Origin: Dictyostelium discoideum
Lineage: Eukaryota
Direction: 5' to 3'
DNA length: 64,000 nucleotides
NCBI GenBank assembly: GCA_000004695.1
Contig: CM000155.2
Location: forward strand, 2,848,001-2,912,000
Position 1 is the first letter of the stretch. Each line of letters begins with the position of its first letter. Under the pieces are notes generated by a model, which saw only the letters and a list, made by a program, of their open reading frames with translations, did not search any database and was not told the origin of the DNA. The translations under genes and the position numbers were made by a program. Positions 47,174-60,239 of this stretch are shown in pieces.

Positions 47174-47850
47174 TTAGAAATATATTTTAAAATATATATT
47201 GAAATATTTAATTGTAATTCCTATAGGAATTTGATAACTTACAAATACAATGGAAATGGCTGGCATTGAAACACTGTTTAATTTTATTTTTTTATTTTTT
47301 TTTTTTTTGGAAAATTTTGGAAAATTTTTGTAAGTAAATTTAGGAGAAAAAAAAAAATGAAAAAAATGAAAAAAATGAAAAAAAATGAAAAAATTTACCC
47401 ATTTGCCAAAGCACCAATAGTACCAATGATCATTAATAATATATCAAAAGGTTTTGCAAATCTAAATAATGAAAAAAATGGAACTTGTGGTCCAACCTCA
47501 CCTTCTTTTTTTTCACCTTCATCTAATTTTTTTGATTGAGTTGTACTAAGAGTTTTAACTGAATCACCACCATCTGATGTAATATCAATTGGTGATAAAA
47601 TACCATTATTAGTTGGTCTATCATCAATTGTATCCATTTTAATATTTCCAAAATCTTCTTTTTTATTTTTATAATCTTTTAAATTTTCTTCATTATCATC
47701 GCTATTTTTATTATTATTATTATTATTATTATTTTCGTTGTCGTCTTGATTATTTATATCATTATTATTTTCATCATCAATTGAATTTATATTAATATTA
47801 TCCATAGGAAGTGAATCGTTTTCACCGCCATCGTTTGATTTATCACTCAT
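43271..47850 (-). CDS. ABC transporter, B-family full transporter (P-glycoprotein/MDR-like, TMD-NBD-TMD-NBD), 4 exons including a 31-nt micro-exon
   Basis: Exon 1 is 47399..47850 (MSDKSNDGG...VPFFSLFRFAKPFDILLMIIGTIGALANG, donor GTAAAT, phase 2). The micro-exon is 47243..47273 (VSMPAISIVF; acceptor AACAG, donor GTAAGT). Exon 3 is 46742..47108 (GRLMNSFSPENL...FICGFIVGFVNG, acceptor TTTATAG, donor GTAAAA, phase 1). Exon 4 is 43271..46614 (WQLTLVIFALTPL...). The assembled N-terminus ALANGVSMPAISIVFGRLMNSF aligns with human ABCB1 HGAGLPLMMLVFGEMTDIF. Two NBDs carry LSGGQKQRIAIARAM and LSGGQKQRVAIARAI signatures. Confidence 0.8.
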
Positions 47851-48155
47851 ATTGTTTTTTTTTTTTTTTTTTCAAAAAATTAAAAAAAAAATAAATTAAA
47901 AACAACTATGATATACTGTTATTGTTATTATTATTTTTATATTATTATTTTTATTGGAAATAAAAAAAAAAAAAAAAAAGGTAAAAAAATTTATATTAAT
48001 ATCTATATATTATTGGATTATTATAAACAAAAATAAAAAAAATAAAAAAATAAAAATAAATAAAAAAAAAAAAAAAAAAAGCGGATCGCCTCACCAGTGT
48101 TTTGTTTTTGAAAGTTTCGTTAAAGGCAAGTGAAAAATAAAATTAAAAATAAAAA

Positions 48156-48203
<48 letters not shown>

Positions 48204-48455
48204 AAAATAAACTTTTTTTTGAAACACAAAAAAATAAAAAAAACTAAACAATTAATTAATTACATTTGAATATCTTTGAAACTTTTTTTTTTTTATATAA
48301 TATTTTTTTTTTTTTTTTTTTTTTGAACAACTTTGTTTGTTTAAGCAAAATGAAAAAATAAAAATAAAAAAAAATAAAAAACAACAAAAAAAAAAATAAA
48401 ATTAAAAAAAATAATAAAAAATGGGTTTATTTTTATAGTTAAATTCTGCGAATCT

Positions 48456-48494
<39 letters not shown>

Positions 48495-49243
48495 GGAAAA
48501 GCCCTAAATGAAAAAAATAATGGTGGCAAACTTTATCTATATATACTTTTAATTTTAAAGGAATTTTTGAATAAAAATAGAAATTTTTTTATAAATAACT
48601 TTAAATATGTAAATAAAAAAAAAAATTTTTAAAAAAAAACCAAAAAAAATTTTCAAAAAAAAAAAAAAAACCTAATACTGGGGTCAGCATTAAAAATAAT
48701 TTATGTGGGGGGGATAATATAAAACGTAATATTTAATTAAAATTATAAATAAACTCCGCCCTTGTTTGCGTTATCAAACATATGAGTGTTGACATCAGTT
48801 GTAATCCCCTTTTAAAAAAAAAAAAAAAAAAATCAAAAAAAATCAAAAAAAAAACCAAAAAAAAAAAAAAAAATCAACTTAATTTTATATTTTTTATTTT
48901 TATTTTTATTTTTTTTTAAAAATAGACCAATTTTTTTTTTTTTTTTTTTTTTTTTCAATTAATGAATCCAATAATTGTAATATCACATAACTTATGTCAT
49001 TGTGATGTGTTTAATTTATTAATTTTTTTTTTTTTTTCAAACCACAAATTAGGTGAAACACCTCTTGTGTCATTGTTAGGTGTTAATTTTATATCTTGGT
49101 TCATAGATTTTTTTTTTTCTTTTTTTAATCTTCTTGTAACATGCTAAAAAAAAAAAAAAACAAAACAAAAAAAAAAAAAATTATCAATAACTTTCTATTT
49201 TTAGATTAAAAATTAAACCCTTTTTTTATTGTTTTTTTTTTTT

Positions 49244-50392
49244 TTAATCTTTTTCTAAAATTATTGAATAATAACTAAATAGATTTTCAATATTTTTAAT
49301 TGGTGAAATTTTAATTTGATTAATAAATTTTGAAATAAATAATTGATATAATGAATCTTTAGTAGTTTGATCACCATTTATAAAATTTTTAAGTGATGTT
49401 TCACAAGCGGCATTCATATATGAGAATAAAATTTCGGATTTTTCTTGATCTGATAAAATCATACTATCATGACTATCAGAGAACTTTTGAAGATGTAATT
49501 TTATTGAAATTAACTTTAAACCATAATCATTTTCAACCATTTTAATTGAATCTAAAATCTCATCTTTTCTATAAAAATTAATTGGAATAATCATTTTGTC
49601 AACTTCATTCATTGAAATTAAATTTTCATTTGCCATTTGTTTCCAAACTGTTTTTGAAAGTTTAAATAATTCATAAAGTACATTATTTTCATTGGAGGTG
49701 GTGGTGGTAGTGGTAGTGGTGGTGGATGAGGTGGGTGTCTCATTTTCATTTTCATTTTCATTTTCATTTTCATTTTCATTCATTACAGTTAACATGAAAA
49801 TACCACCTTTTTTTAATTCTTTAGCACGAAGTGAAAAGTTTTTATATAAAATGTCAATGCAATATTGTTTGTATTCTTTTGATCTGTGTTTACAGTAAAC
49901 ACCAATCGAGTCAGGGTCGTAGTGGAATGATACGTGATAGTTACTCCAATGGGATGCGGAGAAGGAGAAGACGTAATCTATGGTGTTTGAGGGCACTAGT
50001 TGATTGTAGAATGAGTTTCCAATACCATAGAAATAGATTTGATTTGATAATTTAATATAACTATTTTTATTATCAGAGATTTCTTTAAAAAGTAATGAGA
50101 AATTATTTTCAGGTAAATCTTCATGGTATACTTCAAAACACTGATTAGGAAATTGTTTTAATACAGTTGAAATTATTAAATTAATTGGTATAATTGAGTT
50201 TCTACCATGACTAGATCCGATATCTAATATTCTAATTATATTTGGATTTAATTGATTTTGATTTTTTTCATCATGATCTCCAATTTTAAATTTAATATTT
50301 TCAATCATTATATCACATGATTTAATTACCATATCCATTGTATTATTAATTGTTTGGCTTTGAACTTTTGAAAAATCATTATAACTTGATTG

Positions 50393-50395
<3 letters not shown>
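49244..50395 (-). CDS. SAM-dependent carboxyl methyltransferase, SABATH (Methyltransf_7) family-like
   Basis: 383-aa single ORF. ILDIGSSHGRNS matches the SAM-binding D-L-G-C-S-x-G-x-N-T block of plant SAMT/JMT-type enzymes, and overall length and layout fit. Contains an internal (NE)n/Thr tract. Confidence 0.6.
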
Positions 50396-50428
<33 letters not shown>

Positions 50429-50469
50429 CTAAAAGGGAATTTAAAATAAAAAAAATGAAAATAGTAACC

Positions 50470-50500
<31 letters not shown>

Positions 50501-50546
50501 AAAATTTTTTTCCAGGAATTTTAAAATTCCAATTTTAAATTTTCCC

Positions 50547-50577
<31 letters not shown>

Positions 50578-50852
50578 GTTTTTTTTTTTTTATTTTTTAA
50601 ATAAAAAAAAAAAAAAAATTAAAAAAAAAAATTTTAAAAAAAAAAAAAAAAAAATTTTGGGGCGACCAAATTGGGGGGTAAAAGGGGGGGGGAGGTTTTT
50701 TTTTTTAAATTTTTTAAAATCCCTAGGGGAAAAGGGGGTTTTTAATTTTAAAATTTTTTTTAAATTTTTTTTTTTTTTTTAAGGATAAGGGGGGGGAAAA
50801 CTTTGGGAATTGGGTTGGATTTTTTTTTTTTTTTTTTTTAAACCCATTTGGG

Positions 50853-50883
<31 letters not shown>

Positions 50884-51454
50884 CAAATAAAAAAATATTG
50901 TCATATTTAAAAGATTATCAAATTTGACTTGTAATGAAATGGTTTTGGTTAAAAAAAAATGGGTTTTTTTTTTTTTTTTCTTTTTTTTTCACCTGATTTT
51001 TTACTTTTTTTTTTTAGTAATTATTTTATTTGATTTATAAGAAATCAAAATGGATATAGTATAGTAGATTCAAATAGATTAAACAAAATTAATATCCGTT
51101 AACTAGTAATTATATAAACAATAACCTACTTTAAATATAAATAAATTAATTACAAATTATTAAAATTATACAAGCTTTATTAATTTTTTTTTTATTATAA
51201 TAATTAAATTTTTTTTTATATTTTTTTATTTTTTATTTTTAATATTAAAACGAATTATTGATATTAGTTAATAAATTCGTTATAATATAAATTAATGATT
51301 ATTTTTATTTTTTTTAAATATCAATTTTCTTTTGACTATTTTATTGATATTTTTTTTTTTTAATAATAATAAAGATGATAAAAATAAATAAAAAAATTAT
51401 TAAATTAAAAAAATATTAATAAAATTTTATTAAATATTTTTATTAAATAATAAT

Positions 51455-52590
51455 TTATTGATTTCTAATTGTTGTTTGTTCTTGAATAAATTCAACATTA
51501 TCACCAGCCAAGTTTGAATCATTTGTCCAAGATTTACCACCATCAGTTGATTGTTTTGTAATGATTTCTTTACGATATTGTTGTTTTTTACCTTTTTTAC
51601 CTTTTCTACCTGAAGAACCACTATTGTTGCCACCACCACCACCAAATTCACTACTTGTCATTTGAACTGGAACTTGAGTAATTTCAGAATAACTTAATTG
51701 TTGATTACCAGAATCAAAAGTATCCTCTTCAATGTGTGGAACCAAAACAACTTCTTCTCTATAAATTGGAGCTTCATCCTTTTCTAATTGTGGAACAAAA
51801 GTTTCTTGTGGAGGGGCAACATTTGAGCTACCTTCAGATGATGATGATGTTGTAGTAGTGGTGGTTGTTGTAGTTGTTTGTTTCTCTAAAGTTGGTTGTT
51901 CAAATGTTTTATTTTCAGTAATGATTGTTTCTTGTGGAATTAAAATTTGTGAAGTTGAAGTAGTTGGAACTGTTTCGTAAACAATTGTATTTGTAAGCAC
52001 TGGTTCTTCAATAACCATAGTATCATTCTTGAAAATTGGTCTTTCAGGTGCAATTTGAGTTTTATTAAGTTTATCATTTCTTTCAACAGCTCTAATGAGA
52101 CCTTCTTTTTGAAGTACTGCTTTATTGGCAACGTATTCATTCTTCTTTTCAGCTTTAGCCAATTTGAAGGCTTCTTTAGCCATTTTATCTTGATATAATG
52201 GTTCTTGTTGATAATGGTATCTACCATAGTCATCCAATCTTGCGGCAAGGACATGAGAATTGTTTGGATTTCTTCTTGATAAATCTGAACGAGTGATTGT
52301 ATCATTCAATGTACATTGTTCAATGTAATATGGACGTTCAAAGTACATTGGTACAAAATATTCTCTACCTTTTAATAAGAAATGTCTTTCATGATAACCA
52401 TTCTTATGTAAAAGTGGATTAGCATATAATGAATTCTTATAACGTCTTGGATCAGTATTACCAGTATAAGAAACAAGATATCTTTCATGTTTGATTGGTA
52501 CTTTTTAATTTAGTTTTTTACCCATTAAAAAAATTAAAATAAATAATAATAAATAAAAAAATTTATATTAATATTTTACTAATTTATTAT

Positions 52591-52622
<32 letters not shown>

Positions 52623-52754
52623 AATAATAAACTTACATAAACGACCTTTTGAATCATGTTTACAAACAGCACCAGTATGATAACCACCTAAAAATTCTCT
52701 TGGATGTGGATTATGAACTCTATTAACATATTTGAAATCGACAATTTTTTCCAT
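51455..52754 (-). CDS. Hypothetical protein with Thr-rich linker, 2-exon model (about 387 aa)
   Basis: Exon 1 is 52637..52754 (MEKIVDFKYVNRVHNPHPREFLGGYHTGAVCKHDSKGRL, donor GTAAGT, phase 1). Exon 2 is 51455..52500 (acceptor TTAAAAAG; LPIKHERYLVSYTGNTDPRRYKNSLYANPLLHKNGYHERHFLLKGREYFVPMYFERPYY... ending GKSWTNDSNLAGDNVEFIQEQTTIRNQ). The ORF-track start at 52348 is internal to this exon. No domain recognised. Confidence 0.45.
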
Positions 52755-53322
52755 TTTTGTTTTGTTTTTAAAAATAATTAAAAATAATAAATAATTAAAT
52801 AAATAATTTGTATAGATAAAATAAAAAGTTTATATTATATTTGTTGAAAAATTAATTTTTTTTTGATTTGAATAGCTTTTTTAATATTTTTTTTTTTTTT
52901 TGTTTTTATCTTTAATTTTTTCTTATTCTTCAAAAAGAAAAAAAAAATAAAAAATAAAAAAAATTAATTAATTTATTAATATTATTATTAAATCTTACAT
53001 ATGGAGTTGTTTTGTATAGATTTTTTTTTTTATTTTTTTTTAATTTTACTAATTTGGTTATTTTTTTAAATTACTCATAGTATTTTTTTTTTTAAAAAAC
53101 TATTATTTTTTTTTTTTTTTTTTTTAGAAAATAGTAAAAAAATAAAAATAAAAAATAAAAATAAAAAAATAAAAATGAAAATAAAACACACCAAAAAAAG
53201 AAAATTTTAAAATATCCAAACCACACTAATTTTTTTTTTTTTTTTTTTATTTTTTTTTTTTTTATTTTTATTATTATTATTTTTATTATTTTTTTTAATT
53301 ATTATTAAATTTAAATTTAAAT

Positions 53323-55242
<1,920 letters not shown>

Positions 55243-55944
55243 TTTTTTTTTTTTTTTTTTTTTTTTCCTTTCTTTTTTTTTTTTTTTAAATTATTATTAT
55301 TATTACTATTATTACTATTATTATTTTATTTAAATCAAAAAAAAAAAAAATAAAACAGAAATTTTTATTTGGTGATAAAAAAAAAAAAAAAAAAAAGGGG
55401 GCCCCGCTGGGGTGATTTCTTTTATAAAAAAAAAATAAAAAAAAAAATTAAAAATAAAATTCAAAAGAAAAAAAAAAAAAAATTTAAAAATAAAAAAAAA
55501 AAAAAAAATTAAAAATATCTTCTTTGACATATTATTATAAAAAACTTGACAACAGAGCCTATTTTTAAAAAAAAAAAAAAAAAGTAAAAAAAAAATAAAA
55601 ATAGAAATTTTTTATTATCTCATTGCTTTTAAGAATAATAAAATCTAAAAAAAAAATATAAAAATATAATTATAGAAGAAAAAAAAAAAAAAATAAAAAA
55701 ATAAAAAATAAAAGACAGAATAAAAATTTAAGATGTAAAATTTAAAAAATAAAAATATTGAAAAAAGTTTTGATTTTAATTTATTCACTATTATTTTATA
55801 CAAAAAATAAATACAAAGAAAAAGAAAATAAAAATTAATAATAAAAATAATAAAAAAAAACAAAAAAAAAAAATAAAAAATAAAAAAAAAAAAAAGATTT
55901 TTTTTTTATTTTTTTTTTTAAAATTTTAGCGAGTGGGTTGTTTG

Positions 55945-55985
<41 letters not shown>

Positions 55986-56129
55986 ATTTAATATTAATTT
56001 ATATACACTTTATAAAGAAAATAAAAAATGTTAATCCCAAAAGATGATAAACTCGTTGCCGAGAAAATGATAAATATAGCAAAAAAACTATGGTTTATTG
56101 GTTTCTTTTTCTTACCATGGGTTTGGTTA

Positions 56130-56229
56130 NNNNNNNNNNNNNNNNNNNNNNNNNNNNNNNNNNNNNNNNNNNNNNNNNNNNNNNNNNNNNNNNNNNNNNN
56201 NNNNNNNNNNNNNNNNNNNNNNNNNNNNN
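56130..56229. other. Assembly gap (100 N)
   Basis: Run of n immediately upstream of the degenerate second copy of the duplicated segment. Confidence 0.95.
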
Positions 56230-56236
56230 TTTGTTT

Positions 56237-56950
56237 TTATATATTATGTATTCTAATTACGGACTCATCAACATACTCTTTTGTCACTAACAGATAAAGT
56301 TTCGTTTGATTATCTTNTGGTGAAAACATCAGCATCAGATTGTAATTGATCAGCTCTTTTATAACCCGTTTTGTTTTTGAGTGATTGAGATGTGATTCCA
56401 CCATTATTGGAAGTTGTGACAGCTTCATGTGTTGATCAAGCATGGGTGGTAGAGAGCTCGATAGCTTTTTCAACTAGGTCATCTGATGATTTTCATTTGG
56501 TTATTTCAATATCCCTGTGCAATTAATTTTTACTTGTCTCCGCCTCTCTAAATTCAACATTTACTTTGTACTTCAAATCATTTTTATCAATAGTAACTTC
56601 GTTAAATAATACACCAAATTCATCACTTTGATTGAATTCAACATCTTTAAATTCCAAAAAAGCGATATCTTCGGGTGGATACTTTTTATTAGATTTATTG
56701 TTTTTACTGTAGATCATTTTTTGGAACGAAAACTTTAAAAAAATAAAAAAATAAAAAAAAAATACTTTTTAATTTTTTTAATTTTTTTTTTTATATTTTT
56801 TTTTTTTATATTTTTTTTTTTTAAATTTTTTTTTTTAATTTTTTTTTATTTTATTTTTTAAAGTTTCGAACAATTATATATAAAAAAAAAAAAAGATATC
56901 CCTTCGGTTAATTATAGTAACAATACAGACAACAAGAATAATTATAAAAT
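56237..56950 (-). repeat. Second, degenerate copy of the 25447-26160 segment (ORF1 intact, ORF2 with several stops, identical 3' tail)
   Basis: 56523..56717 encodes the identical 64-aa ORF1. 56237..56500 is a diverged, stop-containing version of ORF2. 56717..56950 repeats the AT-rich tail ending gatatcccttcggttaattatagtaacaatacagacaacaagaataattataaaat. Confidence 0.7.
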
Positions 56951-57129
56951 AAAAAAAAAAAAAAAAAAATCTTTTTTTATCTTTTTATTTTTATTTCTTA
57001 TTTATTTTTATTTTTTTATTTTTTATTTTTTTTTTAATTATTTTAATCCCGTGAGTTTTTTTTTATTATTATTTTTAATTCTTTTATATTTGAGATGATT
57101 ATTATTAATTAAATGACTTTGAGTTTTTT

Positions 57130-57312
57130 TTTTTATTTTTCTATGCCCAAAATTACCATATTAATTTCGGCAGCCATATTAATTTCAGCCTAAAATAGTT
57201 GGTCTGTGCATGCCAAAATTAATATGGCTGCTGAAATTAATATGGTAATTCTAGCAGACATAAGTCCCATGCCAAAATTATCATATTAATTTCAGCAGCC
57301 ATATTAATTTTG
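57130..57312. mobile_element. Foldback-type repeat, second locus of the 45-bp unit (direct/inverted arrangement), thug-like
   Basis: cccaaaattaccatattaatttcggcagccatattaatttcagcc ... ccaaaattaatatggctgctgaaattaatatggtaatt (inverted) ... ccaaaattatcatattaatttcagcagccatattaattttggcatggg. Same unit as at 24951-25108. Confidence 0.45.
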
Positions 57313-57540
57313 GCATGGGACAAATATGAATTAAAAAGAAAACAAACTTTAGAACTAAAAGAATTAAAAAGTGAATGTGGGGAAGGCCCGGTATTATCTA
57401 AAGAAGAATCAAAAGAATTGGATGATTTAGAAAGAAAATATAAACGTGTTGGAAATTAAAAAATAAAAAAAGGTAAAAAAAAAGTAGATAAAAATAAAGA
57501 TATTAAATTATAATGTGTTTATCCACGCTCGAGGAAGGAT

Positions 57541-59243
57541 TTATAATCCAACTCTTTCTAATCTATCATATTCATTTTGTAATAAACCAATTTCTTTTTT
57601 TATTTCATATTGTCTTTCTTTTGTTGTCACTGGTTTGAAATTAATTATTTCATCAGTATCTGACAACCAATTTTTAGATTTGAATAATTCATATAAATCA
57701 GAATGTGTCATCATTAAACGCAATACACCACCCGAACCATATGGTTCAATTTTAATTCCAAAAGTTTTCAATGTGGTTTTTAATTCAGCTTCTTTAATTG
57801 TATGTTTATTATCTCTGTTCATTTCCTGATGATATTTAAATTCATTTACAAAATCAGTGAATTTAATTTTGTTCAAATCTTTACCTTGTAAAATGTAATT
57901 TTTTTTAATATATTTCATATTTGCCGGTAATTGATCACTTTTCATCCCAATAAATGTTTCAGATTGTGGTATAACATCTTCATTAAATTTAGATTTATCA
58001 CTATTTTTCAATTTCCAATAAAATGATTCAGCTACATTTGGATCGTCCATATATTTACCTAACTTTTCAAAATAATCTTTATTTCCTTTGAATTCAGATG
58101 ATAAATCAAATATAGCAAAACGTCTTTATACTGATGCGCCTATCTTTATATTATCAGAATTACAAGTGAAAATCATATTCATATAATTAGGTACATTTAC
58201 TTTATCATTTTGATTTCTTTTACGAATGGTAATTAATAGTTCAGTAATAATATATTTAATACCCTCACCAACATTATTCCAATCCTTTACAATTGGTTCA
58301 TCAACCACCATTAATAGCTTTTTCTCAATAATATCATTCCATCCACCAAAAAGTCACAATTATTTACTGATGCGGATATATTATAACCTAAAATCTTTGT
58401 AATAAAGAAATTTGTAAAAATACCTTTTCCAATACCACCCATAAATAATCTCCACATTAATGCAGTCCTAAGTTTACGTCCTTGACTACATGCTAACCAA
58501 TTAATTAGATATGAATATTGTTCTTCATTAAGAGAACAAATTGCAACCTTCAAATGGTTCATAATCACATCAACACCCTCCAGTGTCGTGGTGCTGACCC
58601 CGTTTGGTTCGCTATCATAGAACCAACCTGCAAATTCATTAACACATAAACTACAATCATCTCGTTTAAAAATTCTATCTTTATCTGGAACCCAAGTTGG
58701 TGTACAATGATTTGGTTCATACTCCATAAACCATTGGTAAACATCAAAATTTGGATAACCATCAATTTTGATTATTCTTCTTCTAAAATATGTTTTCTCT
58801 GCATCTGAATACGATAAATCTTTTATTTGTTTATCACCTGGCACCCAAAATCTAAATATTGGTGAACCACCTATTTTAATAAAGTATGTTGATATATACT
58901 TTTTTATATTCTCAACTTCGTCAAATGTTTTTGCAGTTACACACATAATATTTAATGTGTTTACATCAAATGCTTGTTTTGACGAACAAAATAAATGTGG
59001 GTATGATTGATTAAATAATGACTTGTTCACTTCTACTGGTTCTTGATTTAGCGGGCAAGTTAACTTGGCTACTAAATCTTCTTGCACTAAATCTTCTTCT
59101 TCTAAATCTTTTTGCTCCACTAAATCGTTTTCCAATTTATCAACAAGCTCTCTCCAACTCTCATCTGAATCTCTTCTATTTTTATCTGTATGTCCAAGTT
59201 CTTTTGCTCTTTCAATAAGTTGTTGTTTATTAGGTTTTACCAT
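57541..59243 (-). pseudogene. D5-type primase-helicase (superfamily 3 helicase) pseudogene: one frameshift and one in-frame stop
   Basis: Piece 1, 58311..59243: ...EEQYSYLINWLACSQGRKLRTALMWRLFMGGIGKGIFTNFFITKILGYNISASVNNCDFL matches the D5_N / Walker A neighbourhood (W..G......f...G.G.NGKS.F..l...lG.Y), with a degenerate P-loop. Piece 2, 58126..58311, in another frame: MVVDEP (Walker B hhhhDE) ...IKYIITELLITIRKRNQNDKVNVPNYMNMIFTCNSDNIKIGASV matches the SF3 K.LTGGD.I..R..y.....F.P.f.l.F.tN..P motif C. A TAA follows in frame, then RRFAIFDLSSEF (the conserved ..RR...i.F block) continuing as piece 3, 57541..58050. The order and spacing of the motifs are canonical for NCLDV/virophage/polinton-like-virus D5 helicases. 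Confidence 0.6.
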
Positions 59244-59259
59244 TTTATATAACTATATA

Positions 59260-59703
59260 TTATGTAAAGTTTAAAATAAAAAATAGAGAAAAAAATAGAA
59301 AAAAATATCTTTGTTGGTTTTTTATAACATTAATTTCAAGTCTTTCATAGTGTTTTCTATCAATAAAAACATTTTCAACTTTATATTCTGGTATCTCATC
59401 ATTGAACGCCAATAAAATATAATCATAATTATATAAATTTATTTCACTACCATCTGTCATATTATAAATTGATAGAGATTGATGTTTTTTGATTTTATCT
59501 AAATATATTTTTAATGATACTATAATTCTTACATCTCCGCTAATTATTGTATAATATTGATATGGTCTATTTTGATAATTCATTTTTATATATCGGTATA
59601 TTATGTAAAGTTTAATGTAAATGTGATGTAAAAAGTTGTGTAAAAAATTTTGATTTTTTTTTTCAAAATCTTTTGATTTTTTATTATTTTTATATTTTTT
59701 CAA
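59260..59703 (-). CDS. Hypothetical 147-aa ORF adjacent to the D5-like pseudogene
   Basis: ORF with moderate complexity (…YQNRPYQYYTIISGDVRIIVSLKIYLDKIKKHQSLSIYNMTDGSEINLYNYDYILLAFNDEIPEYKVENVFIDRKHYERLEINVIKNQQRYF). No homology recognised. Confidence 0.3.
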   Translation of the reverse strand: MKKYKNNKKSKDFEKKNQNFLHNFLHHIYIKLYIIYRYIKMNYQNRPYQYYTIISGDVRIIVSLKIYLDKIKKHQSLSIYNMTDGSEINLYNYDYILLAFNDEIPEYKVENVFIDRKHYERLEINVIKNQQRYFFLFFSLFFILNFT

Positions 59704-59781
59704 AATTTAAACTACATATACGGTAGTTTTTTTTGATTGTATATAAAATGTCAGAAAAAAGTATAACAGATTTAGTTACAA

Positions 59782-60213
59782 TTGCAAAAGAAACAAAAGT
59801 ATTATCTGTTTGTTCCAGTATCTCTAGCTGCTTTTGTAAACCAAAATATCAAAAAAGAAAGAAAATTAAAAAAATTCGAAAGTAGAGACTTTTTTGCCGA
59901 TATCAAGGATCAATTAGATGGACTGGAGTGCTCCTTATTTAACACCATCAACCTTTTTTTTAGTCCAATTGAAGGTTTTGACCAACTTTCCGACTTATTA
60001 GTAAAAGCCATGTTCAAAGATGAAATTGCTCCATTTGGAAATGCAACCAATGTTATTAAAGCTTTTTGTAAAAGAGTCTCTAACTATGGAGAATTAATTC
60101 ATAATTTTATAAGATGTTATGACAAAGATGATTCATATAATATTTTAGAAAATTATGAAGCTTTAAAAATATCCCTAAACAAACTTTTGTTGTTTGTTGA
60201 AACACAAATTTAA
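59782..60213 (+). CDS. Hypothetical 143-aa ORF, divergent from 59260..59703, abutting the GC-rich palindrome
   Basis: MQKKQKYYLFVPVSLAAFVNQNIKKERKLKKFESRDFFADIKDQLDGLECSLFNTINLFFSPIEGFDQLSDLLVKAMFKDEIAPFGNATNVIKAFCKRVSNYGELIHNFIRCYDKDDSYNILENYEALKISLNKLLLFVETQI. Normal complexity, no homology recognised. Confidence 0.3.
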   Translation: MQKKQKYYLFVPVSLAAFVNQNIKKERKLKKFESRDFFADIKDQLDGLECSLFNTINLFFSPIEGFDQLSDLLVKAMFKDEIAPFGNATNVIKAFCKRVSNYGELIHNFIRCYDKDDSYNILENYEALKISLNKLLLFVETQI

Positions 60214-60239
60214 TAACAATATAAAAATAAAAACAATCA

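Noticed and set aside
49692-50055. ORFs 49692..49898(+) and 49831..50055(+)
   Set aside because: Antisense of the SABATH methyltransferase CDS, including its (GAA-AAT)n tract.
51430-52305. ORFs 51430..51651(-) and 51940..52305(-)
   Set aside because: Alternative frames inside exon 2 of the 51455..52754 gene.
55330-55863. ORFs 55330..55530(-) and 55645..55863(-)
   Set aside because: Poly-Phe/Lys translations of homopolymer DNA. 55395-55415 also contains G/C runs that look like low-quality sequence.
58565-59274. ORFs 58565..58765(-), 58768..59010(+), 59018..59218(+), 59065..59274(+)
   Set aside because: Overlap the D5-like pseudogene in other frames or on the opposite strand; no independent support.
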